Assembly: GCA_027339635.1 (NCBI GenBank)
Contig: DAHWNZ010000006.1
Coordinates: 6,500 to 70,499, forward strand
DNA: 64,000 nucleotides
Direction of reading: 5' to 3'
Origin: Candidatus Dormiibacterota bacterium
GTDB taxonomy: Bacteria > Chloroflexota > Dormibacteria > Aeolococcales > Bog-877
Position 1 is the first letter of the stretch, and each line of letters starts with the position of its first letter. Shown here piece by piece: positions 42,913 through 52,664 of this stretch. Below the pieces are notes generated by a model. That model was not told the DNA's origin. It worked only from the letters and a program-made list of their open reading frames with translations, and searched no databases. The translations under genes and the position numbers were made by a program.

Positions 42913-43635
42913 TCAGCCCGCGCTGAGAATCTGGATGCAGTGGTCGACGTCCTCGGAGTACAGATTCGACGGTGGTGCCGCCGGCAGCGCCCCCCGGTTG
43001 CGGGGCAGGTAGAACCCGAAGGACGGCGACGGGTTCACGACCGCGACCGGAATCGAGGTCTTCACCGGAGGGAAGACCGCTAGCAGCCACACCGAGGCGC
43101 CAGGATTGACGTCGGCGGAACAGACGGAAAGGCGGTTGCTGGCCAGCACCAGGATCGGCCGTATCGGCTGGTAATACGTCTGCTGCAGTGACGTGAGCTT
43201 TCCGGAAGGGTCGAGGTTGTTGGTCCCGCCGAACTTGGCCGCGGTCTCCAGGACCGTCTGGGTCAGGCCTACGCCACAGGTGGACGCCCCCGGGTTTTCG
43301 GCCAGTGCCACGACCTCCAGAAGCTCGCCGAAATGAGACAGGCTGGTGGCATCGCGTTCCTCTGAGGTCGGCAGCAGGGGCAGGACGTCCGCCAGCGGCA
43401 CCAGGCGTGAGTAGTAGAAGTAGATCCTGGTCTGGTCGACGTAGAACCCTCCATCCGGGCTGCAGCTGTCCAGTCCCGAGTCCAGGGGCTTGGCCGAACC
43501 CTTGACGGGCAGGCCGGCGACCAGGTCCTTCACCGCCTGGGACGCCGAGGTCGGCGAGCTGCCGCACGAGCTGACGAGAATTGTTGCGATCACGGCCAGA
43601 AGTAGAGCCGCGATGCTGTGGCGGCGTGCCGGCAA
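42913..43635 (-). CDS. Hypothetical lipoprotein
   Basis: Signal peptide with lipobox VSSC; four further Cys. Confidence 0.6.
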   Translation of the reverse strand: MPARRHSIAALLLAVIATILVSSCGSSPTSASQAVKDLVAGLPVKGSAKPLDSGLDSCSPDGGFYVDQTRIYFYYSRLVPLADVLPLLPTSEERDATSLSHFGELLEVVALAENPGASTCGVGLTQTVLETAAKFGGTNNLDPSGKLTSLQQTYYQPIRPILVLASNRLSVCSADVNPGASVWLLAVFPPVKTSIPVAVVNPSPSFGFYLPRNRGALPAAPPSNLYSEDVDHCIQILSAG

Positions 43636-43652
43636 GAACGGCCCCGCCCTGT

Positions 43653-44225
43653 TCAGCTGCTGCCGACCGGCTCGGTCGCCAGCAGGTCGGAGCGGACGAA
43701 GATCGAACGTAAAGCGTAGCCCGCCTCCTCGATCCTGGCCCGCCCTCCTTCCTCGCGGTCCAGCAGGGTGTAGATGGCGACGATCTTGGCTCCCGTCGCC
43801 TCAACCCGCGCCGCGGTCCGCAGCAGAGACCCTCCGGTGGTCAGAGCGTCGTCGACCAGGGCCACGCGGTCTCCCGGCCCTGGCGGCGGGCCGGCGAACG
43901 TGCCCCCGGCCCCGTGCTCTTTCACCTCCTTGCGCACGATGAAAGCGCCGACCCGGGGCGCTCCGTCGAGGGCGCTGCAGAGCGCTATCGCAGTCACCAT
44001 GGGATCGGCACCGAGCGTCGGGCCTCCGACCCTGGAGACCGCGTCCTCCCTGGCCCAGGCGACCATCTCCCGTCCGATCAGGAGGGATCCAACTGGATCC
44101 AGGGTCACCATCCGGCCATCAAAGTAGTAGTTGCTGCGCCGTCCGCTGGCGAGCAGGAAGTCGCCCTCCCTGAAGGCCAGCCCTCGCATCAGGTCTAGCA
44201 GCGTCCTCCTTTGCCCGGCGTCCAT
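43653..44225 (-). CDS. pyrE: Orotate phosphoribosyltransferase
   Basis: F.LASG..S.YYFD, RKEVKEHG, VDDALTTGGS. Confidence 0.95.
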   Translation of the reverse strand: MDAGQRRTLLDLMRGLAFREGDFLLASGRRSNYYFDGRMVTLDPVGSLLIGREMVAWAREDAVSRVGGPTLGADPMVTAIALCSALDGAPRVGAFIVRKEVKEHGAGGTFAGPPPGPGDRVALVDDALTTGGSLLRTAARVEATGAKIVAIYTLLDREEGGRARIEEAGYALRSIFVRSDLLATEPVGSS

Positions 44226-44227
44226 TC

Positions 44228-45712
44228 TCAGGGCGCCTCGGCTGCTCGCCAGCGCAGGATGGGATTCCTCGCTGCCGTCACCTCGTCGACGCGGCCGACC
44301 GGAGCATTGTGAGGGGCTGTGCGCAGCGATTCGGGGTCCGCTCTTCCCTCGTCGAGGATGGAGATCACAATCCGCGCCAGCTCGTCGAGAGAGCCCTTCG
44401 ACTCGGTCTCTGTGGGCTCGAACATCATGGCTTCAGGAACCGTGATCGGGAAATAGACGGTGGGAGGATAGATGCCGTAGTCGATCATCCGCTTGGCTAT
44501 ATCCAGAGCCCTCAGGTCTGGTTGCGCGGATCGTCTGGGAGTCGCCACGAACTCGTGGAAGCTGTCGCTGTCTACCGCGACTGGGAGCCGGCCCTCAAGC
44601 AGGTGGCGCAGGTATCTTGCGTTCAGGACGGCGTCTGTGGCGACCTGACCGATGCCATCGCCGTAGGCCCTTATGTAGGCGTAGGCCCTCGCCAGCATCC
44701 CGAAATTCCCGTAGAAGGCCCGCACCCGGCCGATGCTCTCGGGCCGGTCAAAGTCGAGGTGGAACGAGTCGCCGTGGCGCACCACCCTCGGCACCGGCAG
44801 ATAGCCGGCCAGAGCAGGGCTGACGCCGACCGGTCCGGCTCCCGGGCCACCGCCCCCGTGGGGCGTCGAGAAGGTCTTGTGCAAGTTGAGATGGACCACG
44901 TCGAACCCCATGTCTCCCGGACGTGCCAGCCCGACCAGGGCATTCAGGTTGGCGCCGTCGTAATAGACCAGCGCACCAGCCTCGTGGGCAAGGCGGGCCA
45001 TCTCCTCGATGTTGCGCTCGAAGATTCCCAGGGTGTTGGGATTGGTCAGCATCACCGCGGCGACCTCCGGGCCGAGCTTGGAGCGCAGGTCGTCCAGGTC
45101 GACGGTCCCATCCCCGGCGCTCTTGACCGTGATCACAGAAAACCCGCACTGCACAGCGCTGGCCGGATTGGTCCCGTGCGCGGTGTCGGGAATGATCACG
45201 GCCCGGCGGGCGTGGTCCTCCCGGCTGCGATGAAACGCCTGGATCATCCGCAGCCCGGTCCATTCGCCGTGGGCCCCGGCCGCTGGCTGCAGCGACACCT
45301 CCCCCATCCCGGTGATCTGGCAGAGGTATCGCTCCAGGTTCCACATCAGCTCAAGCGCCCCCTGGATGGACGACTCCGGCTGCCATGGGTGAATGTCGCT
45401 GAGGCCTTCGAACGAAGCCACCTGCTCATTGACGGCCGGGTTGTACTTCATCGTGCAGGAGCCCAGCGGGTAGGCGCCCTGCTGCAGGTTGTGATTGCGC
45501 CGCGCCAGCCGCCCGAAGTGGCGCGCCAGATGAGGCTCGCTGAGGGCGGGGATCAGCGCTCTGCGGCTTCGGGCCAGCGAGGCTGGCAGCCCCTCGGCCA
45601 ACCCCGGCCCCTGGACGCCAGCCTCCGGAAGCTGGGGCCCGGTCCCCGGCTCCGTGGCCACCTCGAATATGAGTGGCTCCTCTCCGGCCCAGGCGGACGC
45701 GGCGGCGCTCAC
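44228..45712 (-). CDS. gcvPB: Glycine dehydrogenase subunit 2
   Basis: YPLGSCTMKYNP, AHGTNPAS, HLNLHKTFSTPHGGGGPG; GTGA overlap with gcvPA stop. Confidence 0.95.
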   Translation of the reverse strand: MSAAASAWAGEEPLIFEVATEPGTGPQLPEAGVQGPGLAEGLPASLARSRRALIPALSEPHLARHFGRLARRNHNLQQGAYPLGSCTMKYNPAVNEQVASFEGLSDIHPWQPESSIQGALELMWNLERYLCQITGMGEVSLQPAAGAHGEWTGLRMIQAFHRSREDHARRAVIIPDTAHGTNPASAVQCGFSVITVKSAGDGTVDLDDLRSKLGPEVAAVMLTNPNTLGIFERNIEEMARLAHEAGALVYYDGANLNALVGLARPGDMGFDVVHLNLHKTFSTPHGGGGPGAGPVGVSPALAGYLPVPRVVRHGDSFHLDFDRPESIGRVRAFYGNFGMLARAYAYIRAYGDGIGQVATDAVLNARYLRHLLEGRLPVAVDSDSFHEFVATPRRSAQPDLRALDIAKRMIDYGIYPPTVYFPITVPEAMMFEPTETESKGSLDELARIVISILDEGRADPESLRTAPHNAPVGRVDEVTAARNPILRWRAAEAP

Positions 45713-47082
45713 AGTGCCGCTCCAGCCTCGACGAAGGTCGGGGCCATCTCCAGGACGGCCTGCTCGTAGCGGTCCAGGGCGGCCGGGGGAGTCGTCTCCG
45801 TCACAGACACCAGCATCTGGCTCCTTCGGGCGTGGTCGAACCTTCCCAGGGGGAGTCCCGCCAGAATGCCCCGTTCGGCGAGCTTGGCAGCCCACTTCTC
45901 CGCGTCGCCTGGACACTCCAGGACGAATTCCCACAGGAAGTCTCCCCTCGGGTGCGCCACTCCGAATCCAGGAGCGGCCCCCAGCCTACGTGCCAGATCG
46001 TGAGCGCGCCGGTACGAGATGTCAACCACACGGCGCATCCCCGCTTCCCCCATCTTGGCCATGTAGGCGGTGGCGGCAAGCGCCATGAGGGCGTGGTTGG
46101 TGCAGATGTTCGACGTTGCCCGCTCGCGCCGGATGTGCTGCTCGCGGGTCTGCAGCGTGAGGCAGTAGGCCCGACCACCCCGGGCGTCCTTGGTCATCCC
46201 CACGAGCCTGCCGGGCATCCGCCGCAGGAGGTCCTGCCGGCACGCCAGCAGCCCCACCGTGGGACCACCCAGCTGGGCCGGGATTCCCAGCTGCTGTCCC
46301 TCCCCCGCCGCGATGTCAGCCCCCTGGGCGCCCGGAGGCTCGAGCACGACGGAGGCCAGGGGGTCGGCCATGACAAGGGCCAGCGATCCCGCCCCGTGAG
46401 CAAGCTCTACCAGGTCGGCGACCGGCTCTATCAAGCCGAAGAAGTTTGGTTGCCCGACGATCAGGACGGCCGTATCCCGAGCCGCCAGCAGCCGCTCCGC
46501 GGCCCGGGCGTCGGTGACCCCATCCCGGGTTGGGATGAGTTCCAACTCCCCGCCCCGACCGGACGAGTAGGTCTTGAGGACCTCCAGGGTCTCTGGGTGG
46601 AGCGCCGACGAGGCGAGGATCCTTGAGCGCCCCGTGTGAGCCACCGCCAGCAGGGCACCCTCGGCCACCGCCGTGGCCCCGTCGTACATGGAGGCGTTGG
46701 CCACGTCAAGGTCGTAGAGCTCCGCGACCATGGACTGGAACTCAAAGATCGTCTGGAGGTACCCCTGGCTGGCCTCCGCCTGATAGGGGGTGTACGAGGT
46801 GTAGAACTCCGGCCGGCCGATGGTGGCCCGCACGATGGCGGGTACGAACCGGGAGTAGATGCCCCCACCCAAGAAACAGTCCCAGCGGGAGAGCGGGCGG
46901 TTGGCATCCGCCAGACGGCGCATCTCCGCCGTCAGCTCAAGTTCGCTGAGAGGTGGCGGCAGCTCCAGCCTGGGGTTCTGCAGGTGAGCCGGGATCTCCG
47001 CGAACAGGTCGGCGGGGCTGGAGACACCAAGTGCGGCCAGCATCTCCTGGCGGTCGCGGGCGGAGTTGGGCAGGTATGCCAT
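45709..47082 (-). CDS. gcvPA: Glycine dehydrogenase subunit 1
   Basis: YTPYQAEASQG, NASMYDGA, REQHIRRERATSNICTN. Confidence 0.95.
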   Translation of the reverse strand: MAYLPNSARDRQEMLAALGVSSPADLFAEIPAHLQNPRLELPPPLSELELTAEMRRLADANRPLSRWDCFLGGGIYSRFVPAIVRATIGRPEFYTSYTPYQAEASQGYLQTIFEFQSMVAELYDLDVANASMYDGATAVAEGALLAVAHTGRSRILASSALHPETLEVLKTYSSGRGGELELIPTRDGVTDARAAERLLAARDTAVLIVGQPNFFGLIEPVADLVELAHGAGSLALVMADPLASVVLEPPGAQGADIAAGEGQQLGIPAQLGGPTVGLLACRQDLLRRMPGRLVGMTKDARGGRAYCLTLQTREQHIRRERATSNICTNHALMALAATAYMAKMGEAGMRRVVDISYRRAHDLARRLGAAPGFGVAHPRGDFLWEFVLECPGDAEKWAAKLAERGILAGLPLGRFDHARRSQMLVSVTETTPPAALDRYEQAVLEMAPTFVEAGAAL

Positions 47083-47275
47083 CGGCAGGGGTCCTAAATT
47101 GGGCGCGGTGGGCTCAGCCTGAGTTCAACCTAGAGTTTAGCTGCAGACCGATCCCGTCCCGAGGGGCCAACTCGGGGCCGCGTGGCGGCCGCCAGCCGGT
47201 GTGATCGGGTGCAGGCCGACCCGCGCTTGGCCCGTTCGGCGCCGCTGGTGCCTGGTTCGAGGAGGCCGTTGACGG

Positions 47276-47665
47276 TCAGTGCTGGTCGGCGTCCGCGTAG
47301 GCCTGATAGGCGGCGTCGTCCATCAGCGTGTCCGGAAGCTCCCCGTCGAGCCTCACCTTGACCAACCAACCCCTCTCGTAGGGGTCCTGGTTGACCAGCT
47401 CGGGGGCGTCGTTCACCGCCGCATTGACCTCCAACACTTCCCCGGCTGCGGGGGCGTAGAGATCGCTGGCGGCCTTCACCGACTCGACCGCGCCGAGGCG
47501 AGCCCCCGGCTCCAACCGCGCGCCCACCTGCGGCAGCTCCAAGAAGATCACATCACCCAGCTGCCCCTGAGCGTGATCGGAGATTCCGATGAAAGCCTCG
47601 CCGCCGTCGGCGGGACGCACCCACTCATGGGTCTTGGTGAATTTGAAACCGCTTAGGTCTGGCAA
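47276..47665 (-). CDS. gcvH: Glycine cleavage system H protein
   Basis: HEWV, lipoyl motif VESVKAASDLY, N.DPY..GW. Confidence 0.96.
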   Translation of the reverse strand: MPDLSGFKFTKTHEWVRPADGGEAFIGISDHAQGQLGDVIFLELPQVGARLEPGARLGAVESVKAASDLYAPAAGEVLEVNAAVNDAPELVNQDPYERGWLVKVRLDGELPDTLMDDAAYQAYADADQH

Positions 47666-47692
47666 CTTGGTCCTCCTCCCTGTGGGAGACTG

Positions 47693-48796
47693 CTACTGTC
47701 CGGGCCGATGGTAGAAAGGTAACGGGACGACCGTCGCCTCCGCCCACAGTTCCGGCTCCTGCCGCAGGCGCACTTTGAGCATGGTGCCTGGGGCGGCCAT
47801 CTCCCGCCTCACGTATCCCATGGCGATGGCGGTGCCGACGGAAAATCCGAAGGAGCCACTGGTCACCACCCCAACCTCCCCGGAGTCGGCGAATATCGCC
47901 TGGTGGGGGCGGGCGATCTGGCGCGGCCCCAGTTGGATTCCCACAAACGCCCGGGTTGGTGCCTCCGAGATACGTCGCAGTGCGGTGCTGCCCAGGAAGG
48001 CTCCCTTGGCCAGTTTGACCACCCACCCCAGTCCGGCCGTGATCGGGTCAGTTCCCTCGTCGATGTCCTGGCCGTAAAGGCGCAGCCCAGCCTCCAGCCG
48101 CAGAGTGTCGCGGGCGCCGAGACCGGCCGGCATGAGGCCGTACTCCTGACCGCGCTCATAGAGCGCTGTCCAGATCGTCTCGGCCGCCTCGGAGGGTCCA
48201 TACAGCTCGAATCCGTCCTCTCCCGTGTAGCCGGTCCTGGATAGGCGCAGCCTGACACCGGCGACCGTGCCCGGGCGGTGGTGGTAGTAGCGGATTTCCT
48301 GCGGGCTGCCCTCGGACACCAGAGGCTCCAGGATCTCCAGAGCCCGTGGCCCCTGCAGCGCAATCAGAAAGGTCTCCGCCGAGCGGTCCAGGAGCTCCAC
48401 CCCCGCGGGGGGCAGATGCTGCCTCATCCACGCGAGGTCGGCGTCGTGGCGGGCGGCGTTGATCACACACATGAACTCTTCACGGTCGCGATAGACCAGG
48501 AGGTCGTCAACGATCCCGCCATCCTCCCGACACATGACCCCATACAGGGCACGCCCCTCGGCCAGCTTGGAGACATCGTTGCTCACCAGGTTCTGGAGAT
48601 AGTCGAGGGCCCCGCTGCCGCGCACCATCACCTCTCCCATGTGGGAAACGTCGAACAGGCCCGCCCGCCGGCGCACGGCTTCGTGCTCCTCCCGGATGCT
48701 GCGGTACTGCATCGGCATGATGTAGCCACCGAAGGGCGTCATGCGCGCGCCGAGCTGGCGATGAATCGCCCCCAAGGGGACTTCTATGTCAGTCAA
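47693..48796 (-). CDS. gcvT: Aminomethyltransferase
   Basis: FDVSHMG, ALQGP, RTGYTGEDGFE, GLGARDTLRLEAG. Confidence 0.96.
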   Translation of the reverse strand: MTDIEVPLGAIHRQLGARMTPFGGYIMPMQYRSIREEHEAVRRRAGLFDVSHMGEVMVRGSGALDYLQNLVSNDVSKLAEGRALYGVMCREDGGIVDDLLVYRDREEFMCVINAARHDADLAWMRQHLPPAGVELLDRSAETFLIALQGPRALEILEPLVSEGSPQEIRYYHHRPGTVAGVRLRLSRTGYTGEDGFELYGPSEAAETIWTALYERGQEYGLMPAGLGARDTLRLEAGLRLYGQDIDEGTDPITAGLGWVVKLAKGAFLGSTALRRISEAPTRAFVGIQLGPRQIARPHQAIFADSGEVGVVTSGSFGFSVGTAIAMGYVRREMAAPGTMLKVRLRQEPELWAEATVVPLPFYHRPGQ

Positions 48797-49389
48797 TCTT
48801 CCTCCATCTCCTCGAGCGTCTCCAGCAGTTCGCGATCATGTTGGGCGGCGGCTTCCGAGGCGGCCTGACGCAGCTGCCTCACCCGCTCCTCGGGCCACCC
48901 CAGGTGGTCCGCCAGTTGACGGTCGCTCGGGGGGGCTCCAAGCTCTCTGCGCATCTCAACGTCCGCCGCGAACACCACCTCTGCGTCCCGCGCCCACCGC
49001 TCATCCTGCTCTCTGGCGCGCTCCTCCTCCGCCAGGGTGGCGCGGATCGCGGCGGCCACGACCTCGCGTGCCTGGCGCTGAAATTCCGCCGGGGTGAGCG
49101 GGGTCTCCCCGGAGAGCCCGTGCACCAGTTTCAGCAAGGCTGTGGTGCCCTCCTGAAAGAGATCACCGACCGGGGTTCCCGGCCGGTCCACACTGGTCGC
49201 CTGCTCGAGCGCTATCCACAGGTGGTGCTGCACCAACTGCCGCCTCGGGTCCTGGTCGAGGTTCTCGTAACCGACCGTGGCCAGCAGCCCGGCAATCGCC
49301 TGCTCGCCCAGGGGTGGGAACTCCGCGACCATTTCCCTCAGGGTCCGGGTCTCGTCTGACGGCGCCGAAGCGGGCTTGGGAGTGGGCAC
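48793..49389 (-). CDS. Degenerate sigma-70-like protein (regions 1.2, 2 and 3 only)
   Basis: RRQLVQHHLWIA, GDLFQEGTTALLK, ELGAPPSDRQLADHLGWPEERVRQL; GTG 7 nt after TATACT; stop overlaps gcvT start. Confidence 0.65.
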   Translation of the reverse strand: MPTPKPASAPSDETRTLREMVAEFPPLGEQAIAGLLATVGYENLDQDPRRQLVQHHLWIALEQATSVDRPGTPVGDLFQEGTTALLKLVHGLSGETPLTPAEFQRQAREVVAAAIRATLAEEERAREQDERWARDAEVVFAADVEMRRELGAPPSDRQLADHLGWPEERVRQLRQAASEAAAQHDRELLETLEEMEED

Positions 49390-49461
49390 GGACCCGAGTA
49401 TAGGCTCGGTTCGGCGAACGGGAGGGATCTCGCGGCGGATCGGTATTCGTACACTCAGACG

Positions 49462-50904
49462 GTGCCACCCCGCGCCATGCGAGTACCCCCCGACCAAGAC
49501 CTGGTGGTCTTCGGAGCGACCGGGGACCTGGCCCGCCGCAAGCTGCTGCCCGCACTCTATGAGCTGAGTCGCCAGGGGCTCCTCCCACGCCGCGGGGAGG
49601 TGGTGGGAACTGCGACCCGGGACCTCGACGATGACGGCTTCAGGGCCTTCGCCCACGACGCGATCGAGGAATTTGCCAGAACCGGGCTCGACGAGCCGAG
49701 CTTCGCGGCCTTCGCCAAGCGGCTGCGCTACGTGCCCGCCATCTCCGACCCAGGGCCCAAGCTGGCCAAGGTGCTCAAGCTCCCGCACCGGATCGTGTAC
49801 CTGGCCGTCCCCCCCTCGTCCTTCGCCCCGATCCTGCAGGAGTTGAAGGATGCCGGGCTCTCCAGGGGTGCCTCCCTCATCATCGAGAAGCCGTTCGGGC
49901 ATGACCTGGAGTCCGCCAGAAAGCTGAACCAGGCGCTGCATCGCATCGTGCCCGAGGAGAGGATCTACCGCATCGACCACTACCTGGGCAAGGAGACCGT
50001 CCAGAATCTCCTGGTTTTCAGGTTCGGCAACACCCTTGTGGAGCGCATCTGGAACCGCGATGTGGTATCCCACGTCCAACTGACTGTTGCTGAAGACATT
50101 GGAGTTGAGAATCGGGGACATCTGTATGAGGAGACCGGAGCGCTCAAGGACATAATGCAGAACCACCTCTTCCAGCTCCTCGCCCTCACGTGTATGTCAC
50201 CTCCCAGTTCCTTCGATCCTGAAGCATTGAGAGATGAGAAGGTCAAGGTCCTTCAATCGATTCGGCCGGTGGCCCCAGCGGAGGTGGTCCGGGGTCAATA
50301 CACCAGGGGCTCGGTCAACGGCAAGCTGATGCCGGGGTACCGGGAGCTTGACGGAGTGTCCCCGGATTCGAACACGGAGACGTATATAGCACTCCGACTC
50401 GCGGTCGACTCCTGGGCGTGGGCCGGGGTCCCCTTCTATCTGCGCTGCGGCAAGGCGCTGGTCACCAGGCGCACGGAGATCATGCTCTTCTGCCGGGACG
50501 TGCCCCTGCATCTCTTCGAGGGTACGGGAATAGAGGCTCTGCAGCCCAACCGGGTGACGATCAGGATCCAGCCCGATGAGGGAATCTCATTCTCTTTCGT
50601 GGCCAAGGAGCCGGGGCCTGTGGTCCGGGAGCAGGGGGTGAGGATGGACTTCTCCTACGGGAAGTCATTCAAGACCGAGCCGGCGGAGGCCTACGAGCGG
50701 TTGCTGCACGACGCCCTGCTGGGAGACCACACCCTCTTCATACGGCAGGACGAGACTGAGTGCGCCTGGGCCGCCCTCCAACCCGTGCTGGACAACATGC
50801 CCCCGATCCGGCTTTACCCGGCTGGAAGCGAGGGCCCCGCCGAGGCCCAGAACCTGATGGAGTCGGGGGCCTGGCACAGCCTGGCCCACCACGTCCAGGA
50901 TTAA
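49462..50904 (+). CDS. zwf: Glucose-6-phosphate 1-dehydrogenase
   Basis: GATGDLARRKL, EKPFG, RIDHYLGKE, QNH, AYERLL. Confidence 0.97.
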   Translation: MPPRAMRVPPDQDLVVFGATGDLARRKLLPALYELSRQGLLPRRGEVVGTATRDLDDDGFRAFAHDAIEEFARTGLDEPSFAAFAKRLRYVPAISDPGPKLAKVLKLPHRIVYLAVPPSSFAPILQELKDAGLSRGASLIIEKPFGHDLESARKLNQALHRIVPEERIYRIDHYLGKETVQNLLVFRFGNTLVERIWNRDVVSHVQLTVAEDIGVENRGHLYEETGALKDIMQNHLFQLLALTCMSPPSSFDPEALRDEKVKVLQSIRPVAPAEVVRGQYTRGSVNGKLMPGYRELDGVSPDSNTETYIALRLAVDSWAWAGVPFYLRCGKALVTRRTEIMLFCRDVPLHLFEGTGIEALQPNRVTIRIQPDEGISFSFVAKEPGPVVREQGVRMDFSYGKSFKTEPAEAYERLLHDALLGDHTLFIRQDETECAWAALQPVLDNMPPIRLYPAGSEGPAEAQNLMESGAWHSLAHHVQD

Positions 50905-51500
50905 GCGCTGGCGCGCGCCGGGGCCTGGTCGGGGACCAGCTGGTCGGCTTCGATCCATCCGACCTCTGTCTCAGGCTCCTCGCCGGCCCTGACCTGCACC
51001 CACCTGCCCTGCTGCCGCAGCGCCCGCAGGGGAGAGGCCGGACGCACAGACCTGCCGCGCTCGGCTTTGTGGTCAGGCTCCTTGAAGATCGGATATCCGG
51101 TCCCGGCCCAGCTCTGCACTATCGTGCAGGGGCCCGGGGGGATGCTGCGGAAGTGATACACGGTGTGCCCATCCCGCTCGCCACGGCCGAGGATCCTCAG
51201 GAGATTCGTCGCTCGCATGGTGGCGCTGCGCTCGCCGTCGGCGGTGATGGTCACCCTGGTGCCGCTGCTGGTGGACTCGCATTCGATGCGGATGCGGTTC
51301 TTCGGGTAACGCACCTTGGACCACTGGCCGAAGAGCCCATTGGCAAGGTCCTGGACCACTTCCGCGGTGTGGTCATCGACAACCCTGAAGCTGAATGGCG
51401 GCAGGCCAGCCACCTGCTCGGCCACCGCGAACACCTCGCGGGGCGGCGCGAACACCACCGCTTCCCAGCGGTCGTGGCGCTTGGGGCCGAGATAGAGCAT
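50901..51500 (-). CDS. Hypothetical protein, C-terminus SH3-like
   Basis: ATG 7 nt after TACAAT; C-terminal WVQV...GWI pattern. Confidence 0.6.
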   Translation of the reverse strand: MLYLGPKRHDRWEAVVFAPPREVFAVAEQVAGLPPFSFRVVDDHTAEVVQDLANGLFGQWSKVRYPKNRIRIECESTSSGTRVTITADGERSATMRATNLLRILGRGERDGHTVYHFRSIPPGPCTIVQSWAGTGYPIFKEPDHKAERGRSVRPASPLRALRQQGRWVQVRAGEEPETEVGWIEADQLVPDQAPARASA

Positions 51501-51535
51501 GCCCCAGATTGTAATTGGGCGACCAGTTGGTGTGA

Positions 51536-52603
51536 TCAGGTGAGGAGCGGGCGCCGCCGCAACAACCACGCCTCCAGCTGGTGCAGGGCGGGGTCGGCCG
51601 GACCCCACAGTGGGGCCAAGAGCAGACCACTGTGGCTCACCTGCCGCCCACCCCACCTGGTTTTGAAGGTGGCGTAGCCGTGGGCGCTGTTGGCGGGATC
51701 AAAGTGGCGGGGCACTCCCCACATGTCATAGAAGGAACACCCCTGCTGTATGCCCCAGCGGATCATCTCCCAGTGGAGGGCATAGCTGGCTCGGGCCTCG
51801 GGCGCCGTCAAGGAGGTGCCCCCGTAGAGGTAGATCAGGCGCGGGCCGCAGGAGATCGCCATGGCCGCGGCGAGGGGCTGCCCCCGGCGCGAAGCGACGA
51901 AGATGACCCCATCGAGATCGGTCAAAGCGGCCTCGTAGTAGCTCTGCGGGCGGGTGGTGAATCGCTGGCGTCGCACGGTGTCCAGGTGGAGGCGGTAAAA
52001 GCCCTCGACCGCGGACCTTGAACTGTCGGCGGTCACCGTCACCTCGGCCCGGCTCGCGATGCGGATGTTCCTGCGCGTCGACGGGGGAAGCGCCGCGAGC
52101 GTTGCCTGCTCATCCGCCGCCAGGTCAACGACCCAGGAGTTGCGATGCTGGACGTCGAAGCGGGCCGCCCTCAGCCCCAGCCGGGCCCGCAGGGAGTTCA
52201 CGGTTAGCGAGCCGACTGGCCACTCGGGGTCGAGCCGGAGCGCCACGACCCCCCTTGACCGCAGGAACCCGGCCGCCGCTTTGAGCAGCGACTCGGCGGC
52301 CCACGGCTGGGCCAGTGAGCCCAGGACCGGTCCCCGCGGAGCATAAGCCCAGCCCAGCCCACCTGGCCCCAGCGGGCGGCGCAGAACCTGCAGAGCTCCC
52401 ACACAGGCACCGGAGTGGGGATCGCGGGCGAGCCATCGGGTCACCGTCCAGCCGTAACGCGAGCGCAGGACGCCCCATCCCCACGACTGCATCAGCACCC
52501 CCCCGGAGGTCCTGACAAACTCGTCCCACGCCGGGCGCTCCGCCTCTCCCGCTACCGTGATCAAAGGGACTGTCGCGGGGTCCGGTCCGGGGGTTGCTGC
52601 CAC
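51536..52603 (-). CDS. FemABX-family peptidoglycan bridge aminoacyltransferase
   Basis: WDEFV, QSWGWG, YAPRGP, TRRNIR, YLYGG, YDMWG, FKTRWGG. Confidence 0.88.
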   Translation of the reverse strand: MAATPGPDPATVPLITVAGEAERPAWDEFVRTSGGVLMQSWGWGVLRSRYGWTVTRWLARDPHSGACVGALQVLRRPLGPGGLGWAYAPRGPVLGSLAQPWAAESLLKAAAGFLRSRGVVALRLDPEWPVGSLTVNSLRARLGLRAARFDVQHRNSWVVDLAADEQATLAALPPSTRRNIRIASRAEVTVTADSSRSAVEGFYRLHLDTVRRQRFTTRPQSYYEAALTDLDGVIFVASRRGQPLAAAMAISCGPRLIYLYGGTSLTAPEARASYALHWEMIRWGIQQGCSFYDMWGVPRHFDPANSAHGYATFKTRWGGRQVSHSGLLLAPLWGPADPALHQLEAWLLRRRPLLT

Positions 52604-52664
52604 CGGGTGATTATCCTCGGCCCGTTCTCGGCTCCTTCGATTTGGGCGTACACTGAATGTTGCT

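Noticed and set aside
47090..47275. Canonical glycine riboswitch, tRNA (GGTTCGA near 47254) or 6S RNA
   Set aside because: No GGAGA/CCGAAG/CUCUCAGG set, no cloverleaf, bulge is one-sided; kept only as an unassigned structured element
49390..50166. N-terminal 259 aa of the 457-aa ORF 48793..50166
   Set aside because: Antisense to zwf; the real gene begins at GTG 49389 after TATACT
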